Counted from the first letter of the stretch, positions 18,175 through 27,979 are shown. The stretch: 32,000 nt of DNA from Candidatus Heimdallarchaeota archaeon (GCA_030149205.1 JASBSB010000006.1:210001-242000); one strand, 5' to 3'. Program-made: numbers and translations. Notes: generated by a model not told the origin, from the sequence alone.

Positions 18175-18903
18175 ATGGTACAGATTAAGATGGGTTTTCA
18201 GGTTACAAATCTTACAGATTTTATGGGGAATTCCATGAATACGTTAAAGAGAGCTGCAAAAGATCCTTTGGGATATCTTAAGAGCTGGCCTGCAAGGAGC
18301 TCCTTGTGGCCTTTAACATTTGGTATCATGTGTTGTGCACTTGAGATGATGGCTTCAGGTACTGGAAGATTTGATGGTGAGAGATTTGGTGTAATCTATC
18401 GACCATCACCCAGGCAGAGTGATGCAATTATTGTCAATGGACCAGTTTCACACAAACTTGCACCTAGATTAAGACTCTTGTGGGATCAGATACCAGAACC
18501 CAAATGGGCAATTGCTATGGGAGAATGTGCAACTTCAGGTGGTCCTTTTTGGGAGGCTTACAGTATAATCGGAGGCGCAGATGAAATTATCCCTATCGAT
18601 GTATATCTCCCAGGATGTCCTGTGCGTCCTGAAGCATTGTTTTTTGGGATTGGAAAACTTCAACAAAAAATTGATGCTGGAAAGAACTGGCAAAGACCAA
18701 TAGTTCCAGAATTTGTTGATGAAGAAGGTCAAAAGCTTGTTGACGGAATCGAAAACAAAGCTGGTTGGGAAAATATGCCTATTGAAGTGGTCGAATCTAT
18801 CCCTGCTCAAGGCCCATTGGCAACTACTGGAAGTATACAAGAATTTGATGAGTCCAGAAACAAATACCCTCATCCTGAACAAATCACTGAAGCGAGAAAT
18901 TAA
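18175..18903 (+). CDS. nuoB: NADH-quinone oxidoreductase subunit B-like Fe-S protein
   Basis: SLWPLTFGIMCCALEM, SPRQSD, GECATSGG, YLPGCPVRPE; all four Fe-S cluster N2 cysteines are present. Confidence 0.95.
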   Translation: MVQIKMGFQVTNLTDFMGNSMNTLKRAAKDPLGYLKSWPARSSLWPLTFGIMCCALEMMASGTGRFDGERFGVIYRPSPRQSDAIIVNGPVSHKLAPRLRLLWDQIPEPKWAIAMGECATSGGPFWEAYSIIGGADEIIPIDVYLPGCPVRPEALFFGIGKLQQKIDAGKNWQRPIVPEFVDEEGQKLVDGIENKAGWENMPIEVVESIPAQGPLATTGSIQEFDESRNKYPHPEQITEARN

Positions 18904-18933
18904 GTTTAAATAGATATTATTTAGCTATAATTA

Positions 18934-19899
18934 ATGACTTTTAATGTGGGAATCATTGGGGCTGGTACAATAGGAAAAAGGCTTGCAAAGGTTTTCAAGG
19001 AAAATAAAGAAGTAAACATCACACATATCTGTGACATAGCATTTGATAGGGCAAAAGAACTTTCAGAGACTGTTGGTGGGACTCCTTGCACTGATTTTAA
19101 AGAGATTATTGGTGATCCATCTGTTGATTTTGTTTATATTGGGGTTCCACCCGAACTCCACAATCCAATTGCGCTTGCTGCTATTGAGGGAGGAAAAGCT
19201 GTCATTTGTGAAAAACCGCTTGCTGGAACCAATCTCGAGGGTTTGGAAATGGTTAATGCTGCAAAATCTACTGAGAGTATCACAACAGTAAATTTACCCT
19301 TTAGGTTTTCGACCGGTTTCAACAGATTGAGAGAGCTGATTTCAAATGGTGAACTTGGCAAGATAAAATTTATAGAATTAAGATTTAGATTTCCTCAATG
19401 GCCAAGACCTTGGCAAAATGTCCAATGGCTCAGTTTAAAAGAGAATGGAGGGCCATTAAGAGAGGTAGGAACTCATTTTCTTTTTGCTTTGTTAGAACTC
19501 TTTGGAGATGCAGCAAGAGTCATGGGCTTTGTTGAATATCCAGATGATGTTCATTCAGAATCCAAAGCTTTAGGGTTAATCGAAATGGAAAACGGGGTTA
19601 AATGTACTTTAAGCTTGTTAACCCCTTCAGCTGAACCTGAAGAGAACAGTTTGACAGTCTATGGAGAGTCAAAAACAGTTAGATTTACCTCATGGTTTAG
19701 ATTGGAAGAGATTCGAACTTCTGAAACAATTGTTATTTCTGATGTTCGTAATTCATCCGAATCTGAGATGGTCAATGAGTTTGTTAAAAATTTCAATAAT
19801 AAAGTTGAATACAAGGGAGTTAGTTTTTTAGAAGCTTATAAAGCACTGAAAATGGTCAATGGTCTATTTGAATCCAATGGAAGTTGGATTGAGATGTGA
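18934..19899 (+). CDS. Gfo/Idh/MocA family oxidoreductase
   Basis: VGIIGAGTIG, VICEKP, NLPFRF, GGPLREVGTH. Confidence 0.92.
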   Translation: MTFNVGIIGAGTIGKRLAKVFKENKEVNITHICDIAFDRAKELSETVGGTPCTDFKEIIGDPSVDFVYIGVPPELHNPIALAAIEGGKAVICEKPLAGTNLEGLEMVNAAKSTESITTVNLPFRFSTGFNRLRELISNGELGKIKFIELRFRFPQWPRPWQNVQWLSLKENGGPLREVGTHFLFALLELFGDAARVMGFVEYPDDVHSESKALGLIEMENGVKCTLSLLTPSAEPEENSLTVYGESKTVRFTSWFRLEEIRTSETIVISDVRNSSESEMVNEFVKNFNNKVEYKGVSFLEAYKALKMVNGLFESNGSWIEM

Positions 19900-19972
19900 A
19901 TAAAAGTACCCCAATGAAGCTAAGTAACATTTATTATTCATTAAATCTAAGAAAAATTACAGAGGGCTGTGA

Positions 19973-21847
19973 ATGGAGATAGAAGAAGTCAACCCAATAG
20001 AAGTGATTGAACGTGACTCTATCTTATTCTTAGGGGAAATTTTTGGTTCCAGAATCTATTGGGCTCAATATTTTGACACAAAGCAAGACCTTAATGAAAA
20101 TGAGATTCGAAATCTGATGCTGGAAGCCCAAAGTCAGGTTTTTCATGGGCGACAGGAGGAAGGGAGTGCCAGAAAGTTTAGGGATGGAAAACTGCTATAT
20201 TTCTTGGACAAGGAGGATAACAAGACAAGAATTTATTGTCTTTTTACCAGGGCAGAAAGAGTTCCAAAATCTGTGAAAACTGCATTTAAACTGGTAATAG
20301 ACAGAGGAGGAGTATATTCAGCAAGAAGATTTTTCATCGAGGTACTTCAGTTGATTGATGACCCAGAATTACGTCAACAGGAGGAAAATGCGGCTATCCG
20401 AGATATCTCACAAATAGATTTTGATAACTCAATTGATGCAAATCTTATTGGAAAGATCCTACGATTAATTAAGAAATCGCACCAGGTTACACCTAACCTT
20501 TTGGACCAGATTCATCTTTGGGCATATGAAACCCTCCAACAGCTAGAGATCCAAGGAGTGGGGCATGACAACGATATTGCATTAGATGGTATCTACAAGG
20601 TAGCACAAACCTATAATTCACAAGAGGTCTTTCATCTCGGTTTGGAGTTATTTAAGAGAATCCTTCCACTTGCACTAAACAATGAAAGATTTGACTTATA
20701 CCTGACCGCACAGATTGAGATTGCTGCTATCTATTACAGGCATTTTCCTGAGTTTGGTCATTTGGTTATCAATTTACTGACAAATGAGAACGTTAGAAAG
20801 GAAATGTTCACTGAGATTTCACCAACAGATAAACAAAAATATTTCACGTTACTGGGAGAATCCTATCTATATACTGGTGACTTCAATAACGCTAAAGAAA
20901 ACTTCATATCGGCAACTAAGGTGTCTGGCGATATACTTGATCCTAGCTGGAATGCTGTAGCTCATAGCTTTTTAGGGAGAGATGCTGAGTCTGAATTTCA
21001 ATTGTCTGATGCTGTTCAGCATTACCTCACAGCAGCATCATTATCATTCAGTGCTGGCGATATCGGTACCTCAACAGAAAACAAGGACAGAGCCGGAAAA
21101 TGTCTGATACTTCAAGCAGAGTGGGAGACAAAGGCAGCAATGATTGCAAGAATGGATTCTAACAGGGACAAATCCAGTTATCTTGGTTGGCACAGTCTGA
21201 AACTGTTAATTGAGGGATTTTTACATTTAAACACTCCCTCAAGGTCAAAAATTCTGCCGATTGTTAGCGAAGTATTAGAATATTCTCGATATCTTCTGGA
21301 TATCCCGGGATACAAGAGACGTAATTTTGCCTTTATTAGGAAAGCTGAGAAGACTATTTTTGGGTTTATGAACAAACAACAGGATTTGAGTTTAGAAATT
21401 AATTCTTTGAATCGATTGTTAAATGAAATAAACAAAAATATCCCCATTGCCCCACCTACTATTTTAGTTATTACACCAGATGGGAGATTGATATTAAGTG
21501 GAACCTTCAGACGCACCGGTTGGAGTCCAACTGACCTACAGGACGTTATTTTCAGTGGGGTGTTGTCTGCGATAATGGCAGTGATTAGTGAGGTTTCTCA
21601 TGATACTTCAGTGCTGAGAACCATCGATGCAGGAGATACTAAAATTATCCTAGAACCATCAGAAACGGTGGTACTTGTATTTCTGATGGATAGAGAAATT
21701 CGTGAGATAAGACCACTGCTCAGATCATTAACCAAGGAGATAGAAGAGAGATTTAGTGATCAGCTTAAGTTTTGGGATGGAAATCAGATGATATCTGAAG
21801 AATTAAAGAATATTATTTCAAAGCGAGTTGTTCATTTAATAAGATAA
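19973..21847 (+). CDS. Asgard-type protein: putative N-terminal longin-like + TPR/alpha-solenoid + C-terminal longin domain
   Basis: C-terminus IFSGVLSAIMAVISEV...LRTIDAGDTKIILE...LTKEIEERFSDQLKFWDG matches the Asgard longin pattern as recalled. TPR-like units include YFTLLGESYLYTGDFNNAKENF. Confidence 0.75.
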   Translation: MEIEEVNPIEVIERDSILFLGEIFGSRIYWAQYFDTKQDLNENEIRNLMLEAQSQVFHGRQEEGSARKFRDGKLLYFLDKEDNKTRIYCLFTRAERVPKSVKTAFKLVIDRGGVYSARRFFIEVLQLIDDPELRQQEENAAIRDISQIDFDNSIDANLIGKILRLIKKSHQVTPNLLDQIHLWAYETLQQLEIQGVGHDNDIALDGIYKVAQTYNSQEVFHLGLELFKRILPLALNNERFDLYLTAQIEIAAIYYRHFPEFGHLVINLLTNENVRKEMFTEISPTDKQKYFTLLGESYLYTGDFNNAKENFISATKVSGDILDPSWNAVAHSFLGRDAESEFQLSDAVQHYLTAASLSFSAGDIGTSTENKDRAGKCLILQAEWETKAAMIARMDSNRDKSSYLGWHSLKLLIEGFLHLNTPSRSKILPIVSEVLEYSRYLLDIPGYKRRNFAFIRKAEKTIFGFMNKQQDLSLEINSLNRLLNEINKNIPIAPPTILVITPDGRLILSGTFRRTGWSPTDLQDVIFSGVLSAIMAVISEVSHDTSVLRTIDAGDTKIILEPSETVVLVFLMDREIREIRPLLRSLTKEIEERFSDQLKFWDGNQMISEELKNIISKRVVHLIR

Positions 21848-21998
21848 GTTTGTTAGTGTAATTATAATTGTTTCTCAATAATTAGAATCTCGTAAATTGA
21901 TATTTGTTGATTTATACCAGCATTTGAGGCTTAATATGTAATTGTGATTTAAAGTTATTAGCTTTTAATTCTTTATGTAATTATGATCTTATTTGAGA

Positions 21999-23135
21999 TT
22001 ATATGCATCTGTATACAGATTTTGGACCACTGTCATTGTATTCTTTTCTTCCTACCCATTGCTTATTGAAGGTTTTGAGTGAGGCAAGAATTGAACCACC
22101 GATCCAAACGGAGTATCTTCTTTCAGGGGGTGCTACGATTTTGATTTCAACAGTTTCTGGGACTAAGGAAGATAATTCCTTGTGTAGTCTCTCTTTTAAT
22201 CCAGGGAACATTGTTGAACCACCAGACAACACAATATTGCTGTATAAGTGAGGACGCACATCAACATCACAATTATTGATACCGTGATAGATTAGCTCAT
22301 GGATTGATTGTTCTTCACTTCCCATTTGACTGGGGTTGAAGAATAACTCAGGGGCTAAGAATCTCTCTTGTCCAATTGTGATTGTATCACCATCAGGCAT
22401 TACATAATTCTTCTCCATTCCAGAGACCTTATCAGCGAGAGCTAACTCTTTCTGGGGATCTAAGGCAACATAACAAAGTCTTTCCTTAATATCTCTAACA
22501 ATCTCTCTCTCTGCAGTTGAGGTGAGTGAATATCCTCTTTGTCTAAGTAATCTTCTGAGGTAGTCAGTGATGTCCCTTCCACCGATGTCAATCCTGTTGA
22601 TTGCATGTGTTAGAGCAAAACCCTCATAAACTGGCACTACGTGTGTAACACCATCACCTGAGTCCACAACAATACCAGTGGTTCTTCCTGATGCGTAAAG
22701 GGATAGAACTGCTTGCATAGAAATATACATTCTGGGTACGTTGAATGTTTCAAACATGATTTCAGCCATTTTCTCTCTGTTACTCAAAGCATTGAGTGGG
22801 GGTTCAGTTAGCAATACTGGGTAGTCAGTTGGGTTTACTCTAAGGTCATTGAAGAAGGTAAAGTTCCATATCTTTTCCATTGCATCCCAATTGTCGATTG
22901 CTCCATGTTCAATTGGGTAATGTAGTTTTAAAACACCTCTGAGGTTTAAAGCTTCATCTCCAATATAATAATCTCTTACGTAATGGTCAACGTCAGTCAT
23001 AATGGTAACATATTTTGGATACCCAACAAGTGTTGGAAACACACTTCTTGGTTGATCCTCTCCTGCGAATCCATTTTTTGACAGACCAGTACCATTGTCG
23101 ATAACTAATGCACGATTTCCCATTTCTTCGGCCAT
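21999..23135 (-). CDS. Actin, Lokiactin-type conserved Asgard actin (378 aa)
   Basis: [13 protein letters not shown] phosphate-1, DSGDGVTH phosphate-2, [18 protein letters not shown]. Start reassigned from TTG 23177 to ATG 23135 because of an SD 8 nt upstream. Confidence 0.97.
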   Translation of the reverse strand: MAEEMGNRALVIDNGTGLSKNGFAGEDQPRSVFPTLVGYPKYVTIMTDVDHYVRDYYIGDEALNLRGVLKLHYPIEHGAIDNWDAMEKIWNFTFFNDLRVNPTDYPVLLTEPPLNALSNREKMAEIMFETFNVPRMYISMQAVLSLYASGRTTGIVVDSGDGVTHVVPVYEGFALTHAINRIDIGGRDITDYLRRLLRQRGYSLTSTAEREIVRDIKERLCYVALDPQKELALADKVSGMEKNYVMPDGDTITIGQERFLAPELFFNPSQMGSEEQSIHELIYHGINNCDVDVRPHLYSNIVLSGGSTMFPGLKERLHKELSSLVPETVEIKIVAPPERRYSVWIGGSILASLKTFNKQWVGRKEYNDSGPKSVYRCI

Positions 23136-23143
23136 TTTTGTTT

Positions 23144-23149
23144 TCACCT
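23144..23149 (-). promoter_or_regulatory. Shine-Dalgarno site of actin
   Basis: AGGTGA with an 8-nt spacer to ATG 23135. Confidence 0.7.
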
Positions 23150-23221
23150 TGGTTTGGATGCTCTCATCAGAGAACAATAGATGATTACATCATCTTTCCT
23201 ATCATAACATACAATCCCTAG

Positions 23222-23233
23222 TATTTAACCTTT
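23222..23233 (-). promoter_or_regulatory. BRE/TATA promoter of actin
   Basis: Minus strand AAAGG-TTAAATA, a canonical archaeal arrangement that predicts a 5' leader of about 63-65 nt. Confidence 0.6.
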
Positions 23234-23483
23234 ATGCAAAAATATGCCTTGCTATTTTCTTAGGTGAGTCCCTCAGTATTGAACAGAACCATATTGTTTA
23301 TATTGTACCTATATTTATAGATAAATAGCTAAATAAATTTTATTCTGGATTTCGATGTTATTATGGTTGCAAACACAGAAAATTCTCTGATTTGTGTGTT
23401 CATGCGCGACTTTTATCTCACAATGTTGGTCAAATGAAAAAATATTAATCTGGTTCAACCCCTTTTTGAAAGATTCAAGATAG

Positions 23484-23864
23484 CTAATTGATGCTCCGAA
23501 TTTCACATTGATTGAGTCTCAGAAATTGGGAAATCCTCCCTCTGTTCCTTGAAATTCCCATATAGATCGTTTCTGAAAGGAGAGATAGAATTGGTAAGGA
23601 AAAAAGCCTCTCTATTGCAGAGAATCCCACCCAAATATCACCTAACATCTTCAGGATCGCCTGTGACCCCCAGATTGTCTTATCTTCATAGTGAAGACAG
23701 ACAGAACTTGATAACTTGTGTTGCATGTTCATGGGAATTAATTTGTTTACAGAGTCAATATCCAGGCTTGAAACCCATGAATACTCAGAAAGATGGGGAG
23801 AGCAAAGAGCCACGAGTTTTGTACAAATACCACAATCTGAATCATAGATAACAGTATAACCCAT
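23484..23864 (-). CDS. DCC1-like thiol-disulfide oxidoreductase (DUF393)
   Basis: VIYDSDCGIC (DxxCxxC), GSQAI, Y..ISRNR. Confidence 0.88.
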   Translation of the reverse strand: MGYTVIYDSDCGICTKLVALCSPHLSEYSWVSSLDIDSVNKLIPMNMQHKLSSSVCLHYEDKTIWGSQAILKMLGDIWVGFSAIERLFSLPILSLLSETIYMGISRNRGRISQFLRLNQCEIRSIN

Positions 23865-23938
23865 TACATCTACTCTAGATACTCAGGAGATTTAAAGTGT
23901 GATATTTGGTTGTGTCCTCTGACCAAGTTTCATAGATA

Positions 23939-24511
23939 TTATGACTTATTTCTTTCATTATACTTGTAATAACTTTGACCGAGAAACTGAGCAATTCTAA
24001 GTACTTCTGGTTCTTTACCGACTTTTGTACTGTGTTTTATGAGCTCAACTGCATCAGATAACTGAATTCCCCAACATTGAATAAATCTATTCAGAGACTT
24101 TTCATAAGTTGGTTTCGGAAAGCTGGAAATTAATTTCCACTTTGAATCTCCATCAGGGACATTTTTAAGCAGGGCTTCCCTGATTTCTTCCAATTGAGGC
24201 TCTCTATCAATAATAACTATGATAGGTTTATTTAAGGTCTCATGTATCCTGTTTAAGTCCAGTACACCAAATCCCCCGATTGTTACCCCTTTCAACAAAA
24301 TAGCATGTATCTGTTGAAAATGAATTGAGTTTTGAATTAAGTCAATGAGGATTTTACTGGGATCAGAAGAATCAATCAATATCTTATCCTGCATTATTCC
24401 CTCCACATGACTTGCACCTTTCATGACCACGGCAAATATCCAAACCTCCTTATCTTCAAACAGTCGGAATCCACCATCATCAATCCCTACTATAGGTACC
24501 TGTTTTTTCAT
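23939..24511 (-). CDS. DUF99 / UPF0215 endonuclease V-like protein
   Basis: VGIDDGGF, LKGVTIGGFGVLD, KPIIVI, PEVLRIA. Starts 1 nt after the MFS stop. Confidence 0.88.
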   Translation of the reverse strand: MKKQVPIVGIDDGGFRLFEDKEVWIFAVVMKGASHVEGIMQDKILIDSSDPSKILIDLIQNSIHFQQIHAILLKGVTIGGFGVLDLNRIHETLNKPIIVIIDREPQLEEIREALLKNVPDGDSKWKLISSFPKPTYEKSLNRFIQCWGIQLSDAVELIKHSTKVGKEPEVLRIAQFLGQSYYKYNERNKS

Positions 24512-24512
24512 G

Positions 24513-25859
24513 TTAATCCATTACGAGTTCAACAGCTTCCAATGCATCACCATCGCCACTCTCCCCACTCTTTACAAACAACAGAAAGATAAAGGAGATG
24601 ATGATGAAAACAATTGAAAAAATGAAGAAATATGAGAGGTTAAAATCTAGGATGAAGCCAGCGGAAGCGGGTCCTAAAATAGCTGCTGCTGAGGCGAATG
24701 CATAATAGACACCAGTACCTGTTCCGTTATCCACAGCGTGTTCCCATACAACAACTATTGAATTAACGTTTACCAATCCCCATCCCATTGCAGCAACTGA
24801 GAACAGTATCTGAAAGCTTGTTCTCCAGTTAATAGTGAGACCAAACCATGAATTCAAATTAACGAAGATAGCACTAGTGATTGCAAAAAGAAAGATGATA
24901 AGACCAACCTTCATGGTAGGTATCCTCCCGTACTTTTGACCAATAAACCCCCCAATCAGGGTAAACACTACAAATATCACTGGAAACACAAAAATTATTC
25001 CTGCTGAGTCTGAGAGTGCTAAATCACTCAGGTCTTTTAATGGGACATTGGGGTGTTCAAGTGGTAAAAATACCTTCCAGATGTAAGTTGAAAAAAATGA
25101 CTCTATGGCATTCCAAGCAATAAACCAACTAAAAATTGCCAAAAGCATGAAGAGGAGAGATTTATCCTTTGTTCTAAACATCAATTTTGATTGTGTGACA
25201 AGCTGGTTAAACGCAGAATCGGTCTCTATTTCGATCTTTTTAGATTCGGTTTTTGGTTCTCTGATGAAAATCAGCATAATGACCAGAGAGATTAACATCA
25301 TAACCACTATTAAACCAAACGCATCTATTACTTTGCCTGCCTTAAACAAAGGTCTTACCACGAAAAGGGCGATAGCTCCATAGATTCCCCCCATCAGATT
25401 CACAATTCCATTACCTAGACTTCTCTTCTGGGAAGAAATAAAATCTGGCATCAACGAGACTGAAGGAGACCTGTATAAAGCCATGGAAAGGTTGAACAAT
25501 ACAATAACTAGTAGAAATACAAATATTGGGTAGACTAATGCGTTAGGAATTAAAATAAAGAAGAACGATGCAAAAACAATTCCAACAATAATGTATGGCA
25601 TCCTTTTCCCAAATCTTGTTCGAGTTCTGTCACTCAATGTACCTATATATGGCTGGACAAAAAAGGCAATAATGTTATCCCAAGTCATGATAAAGCCAGT
25701 CAAAAATAGAGGGACAGCGTATACATTTTGTAGAAACACCGGAACTGCAATATTGAATATTGACCATGTTAAAGATGTAGTGGCAAAGCCCAGACTAATA
25801 ATTGGAACAAACCACAGACTGTTTCTCCAACCTGTTTGCTGGTTGATTTCTTTAGTCAT
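24513..25859 (-). CDS. MFS transporter, GPH / SLC45-like sugar symporter
   Basis: GTLSDRTRTRFGKRMPYI, PSVSLMPD, and about 12 TM segments. Confidence 0.9.
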   Translation of the reverse strand: MTKEINQQTGWRNSLWFVPIISLGFATTSLTWSIFNIAVPVFLQNVYAVPLFLTGFIMTWDNIIAFFVQPYIGTLSDRTRTRFGKRMPYIIVGIVFASFFFILIPNALVYPIFVFLLVIVLFNLSMALYRSPSVSLMPDFISSQKRSLGNGIVNLMGGIYGAIALFVVRPLFKAGKVIDAFGLIVVMMLISLVIMLIFIREPKTESKKIEIETDSAFNQLVTQSKLMFRTKDKSLLFMLLAIFSWFIAWNAIESFFSTYIWKVFLPLEHPNVPLKDLSDLALSDSAGIIFVFPVIFVVFTLIGGFIGQKYGRIPTMKVGLIIFLFAITSAIFVNLNSWFGLTINWRTSFQILFSVAAMGWGLVNVNSIVVVWEHAVDNGTGTGVYYAFASAAAILGPASAGFILDFNLSYFFIFSIVFIIISFIFLLFVKSGESGDGDALEAVELVMD

Positions 25860-25980
25860 ACTCTGTCATCTTTATGTTGTTTTATAATCTATTTTACGTT
25901 TAGAGATATTATTTCTCTAATTCTTTCAATTCCTTCAATTATTAAGAAAAATTGATAACCTCTTATATTCATTTGATTTT

Positions 25981-26898
25981 ATGACTCAAAAAAAAATAGC
26001 GATCATCGGTGTAGCCCAGGATTTAGGTGCTTCGAGGAGAGGTGTGGACATGGGTCCATCTGCAATTAGATTAGCAAAGTTAAAATCTCGACTGACAGAT
26101 TTGGGTTTTGAGGTGAAAGATTATGGAAATATCCTCTGTCATGATTTCGAGCAACATGTCCCAACCCACATGATGGACAAAAAACCAAACTTACGATTTT
26201 TGCCTTATATAGTTGACACCTGTATACATCTAAGAGACCTTGTCCAAGAGGTGATTAAGGAAAACTACTTCCCATTGGTATTGGGAGGAGACCATTCTAT
26301 TACGATCGGGACACTTGCAGGACTGAAAAACCTAAATGAAGGTAAAACTGGACTTATTTGGGTGGATGCCCATGGAGATTTTAACACCCCTGAAACGACA
26401 CCTTCTGGAAACATCCACGGGATGCCATTTGCAGTTGCAACTGGAAGGGGAACAAAAGAGTTGCTCGAAATCGGCCCTAGCCCAACTGTTCTTGAGAGTA
26501 ATTCTGTCCTTTTTGGTGCTAGAGACCTTGATAAGAAGGAAGCTGAGCTATTAAAGTCCTCAGATGTTCATGTAATCACAATGTCAAGTATTGATAAGTT
26601 AGGCATTCATGAATGCAGTCGACAGGCAATTGAAACTGCAACCAAGGGAGTTGAACATCTTCATATTTCCTTTGACATTGATGCTATTGATCCATCAATC
26701 GCAAAAGGGACAGGAACTCCAGTGATTGGTGGACTGTCTTACAGGGAGGCTCATACATTTTTGGAGATGGTTGCAGAGACAAAGAAGTTGACTTCTCTGG
26801 ATATACTTGAGGTTAATCCTATCTTGGATGATTCAAACAAGACTGCTGAGTTAGCAGTGAGTTTGATCCTTTCGGCGTTGGGAAAGAAAATTCTTTAA
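25981..26898 (+). CDS. rocF: Arginase
   Basis: GGDHS, DAHGDFNTPETTPSGNIHGMP, SFDIDAIDP, GTGTPV.GG, EVNP. Confidence 0.95.
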   Translation: MTQKKIAIIGVAQDLGASRRGVDMGPSAIRLAKLKSRLTDLGFEVKDYGNILCHDFEQHVPTHMMDKKPNLRFLPYIVDTCIHLRDLVQEVIKENYFPLVLGGDHSITIGTLAGLKNLNEGKTGLIWVDAHGDFNTPETTPSGNIHGMPFAVATGRGTKELLEIGPSPTVLESNSVLFGARDLDKKEAELLKSSDVHVITMSSIDKLGIHECSRQAIETATKGVEHLHISFDIDAIDPSIAKGTGTPVIGGLSYREAHTFLEMVAETKKLTSLDILEVNPILDDSNKTAELAVSLILSALGKKIL

Positions 26899-27470
26899 CT
26901 GTGTCTCAATTCCTTAAAGGTAGTTATTAGTAATTCTTGAGTCTTTTCTAAAGATAGAATCATAGGACGTGATCTCCCAATAAGCTCAATAAAATTTAGC
27001 TCTCTGGGATATCTTGGAACTAAATGTGCATGAAAATGTTTGATTGATCCACCAGCAAACTGACCCTGATTCCACCCAAAATTCACAGAATCTGTTTTCA
27101 TTGCAGTTTTTAACAATTTTATGAGGAATTTTGATTCCTTAGCAAATTTTTCACTAAGTTGGTCAGTAAATTCCTCAAACCCCACTAAATGTTGAATTGG
27201 CGATATGAGAATATGTCCAGACGTGTATGGAAAAAGATTTAGAAATACTATAAATTCTGGTGTCCTATAGATCTCGTATCTTGGGACATCTTTATCCTCT
27301 GAAATTATTAAGCAAATGGTACAATCAGAGCTCCCCTGTTCTGAGTATGAAGCTCGATCTTTAAATTTCCCTTCTTTTTTAATGTAGTCCTTTTTATGTT
27401 CAATTAAGAAGGCATCCTGAAAGGGAGGTGCATCCGGGTCAAAGGTCACAAAGTCAAACTGTAGACACAA
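26895..27470 (-). CDS. HIT family nucleotide hydrolase (Ap4A hydrolase-like); real start may be GTG 27449
   Basis: CTIC, NLFPYTSGH, HFHAHLVPR histidine triad. TTTATAA at 27473-27479 fits a leaderless start at 27449. Confidence 0.92.
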   Translation of the reverse strand: MCLQFDFVTFDPDAPPFQDAFLIEHKKDYIKKEGKFKDRASYSEQGSSDCTICLIISEDKDVPRYEIYRTPEFIVFLNLFPYTSGHILISPIQHLVGFEEFTDQLSEKFAKESKFLIKLLKTAMKTDSVNFGWNQGQFAGGSIKHFHAHLVPRYPRELNFIELIGRSRPMILSLEKTQELLITTFKELRHS

Positions 27471-27638
27471 AATTATAAATACTTAGATAAAAAAACAAGG
27501 AGATTACTTCTTTATAGAAAAGAATACACTAATAAGAAAACTTTGCATTTTTCAAATATGTTGATAACAAGGATTGTTTTAAGAAATCAAATATTTAGTA
27601 TCTAAGTCCTTTAATATTATTTCAAATGAAATATCATA

Positions 27639-27929
27639 ATGACGAATAACCTCACTGGATATCACAGTCAGGCTCACTTCAAGGCTAATGACCTAGAACT
27701 GTATTATAATTTCCCAGTTCAAGATTCTAAATTCCATCCTTGTCATCATATTGAAAAATTATCCTGTTCTAAAGCTTCAAAACTTACACCAGAGGAATGT
27801 GAATCCAAGCAACATTGTCTCTTACTGAAATATAAAGAAAAATTATTTAGACCCTTAGGTATTCATGGTCCAACCCTAAAGGAGATAGATAATTTATTAA
27901 GAAATAAAACTCAAAAAAATTCTGAATAA
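27639..27929 (+). CDS. Small Cys/His-rich hypothetical protein
   Basis: ATG with TTTAATAT 21 nt upstream; C-x7-C-x10-C-x5-C with flanking His residues. Confidence 0.6.
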   Translation: MTNNLTGYHSQAHFKANDLELYYNFPVQDSKFHPCHHIEKLSCSKASKLTPEECESKQHCLLLKYKEKLFRPLGIHGPTLKEIDNLLRNKTQKNSE

Positions 27930-27979
27930 GAATAAGCCTAGTGGAATATTTTATCATTGATCATGAGTTCTAACGAATC

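Noticed and set aside
23136-23177. 14-aa N-terminal extension of actin from TTG 23177
   Set aside because: The SD sits 8 nt before ATG 23135 and actin homology begins just after it.
23315-23506. 63-aa minus-strand ORF with His/Cys residues upstream of actin
   Set aside because: GTG start inside the DCC1 gene, no recognisable motif, and composition like intergenic DNA; cannot be supported.
8139-26898. Convergent genes with overlapping or abutting stops (8139-8142, 15745-15750, 26895-26898)
   Set aside because: This is common in compact AT-rich archaeal genomes, where TTAA/CTAA serves both strands, and is not evidence of a system.
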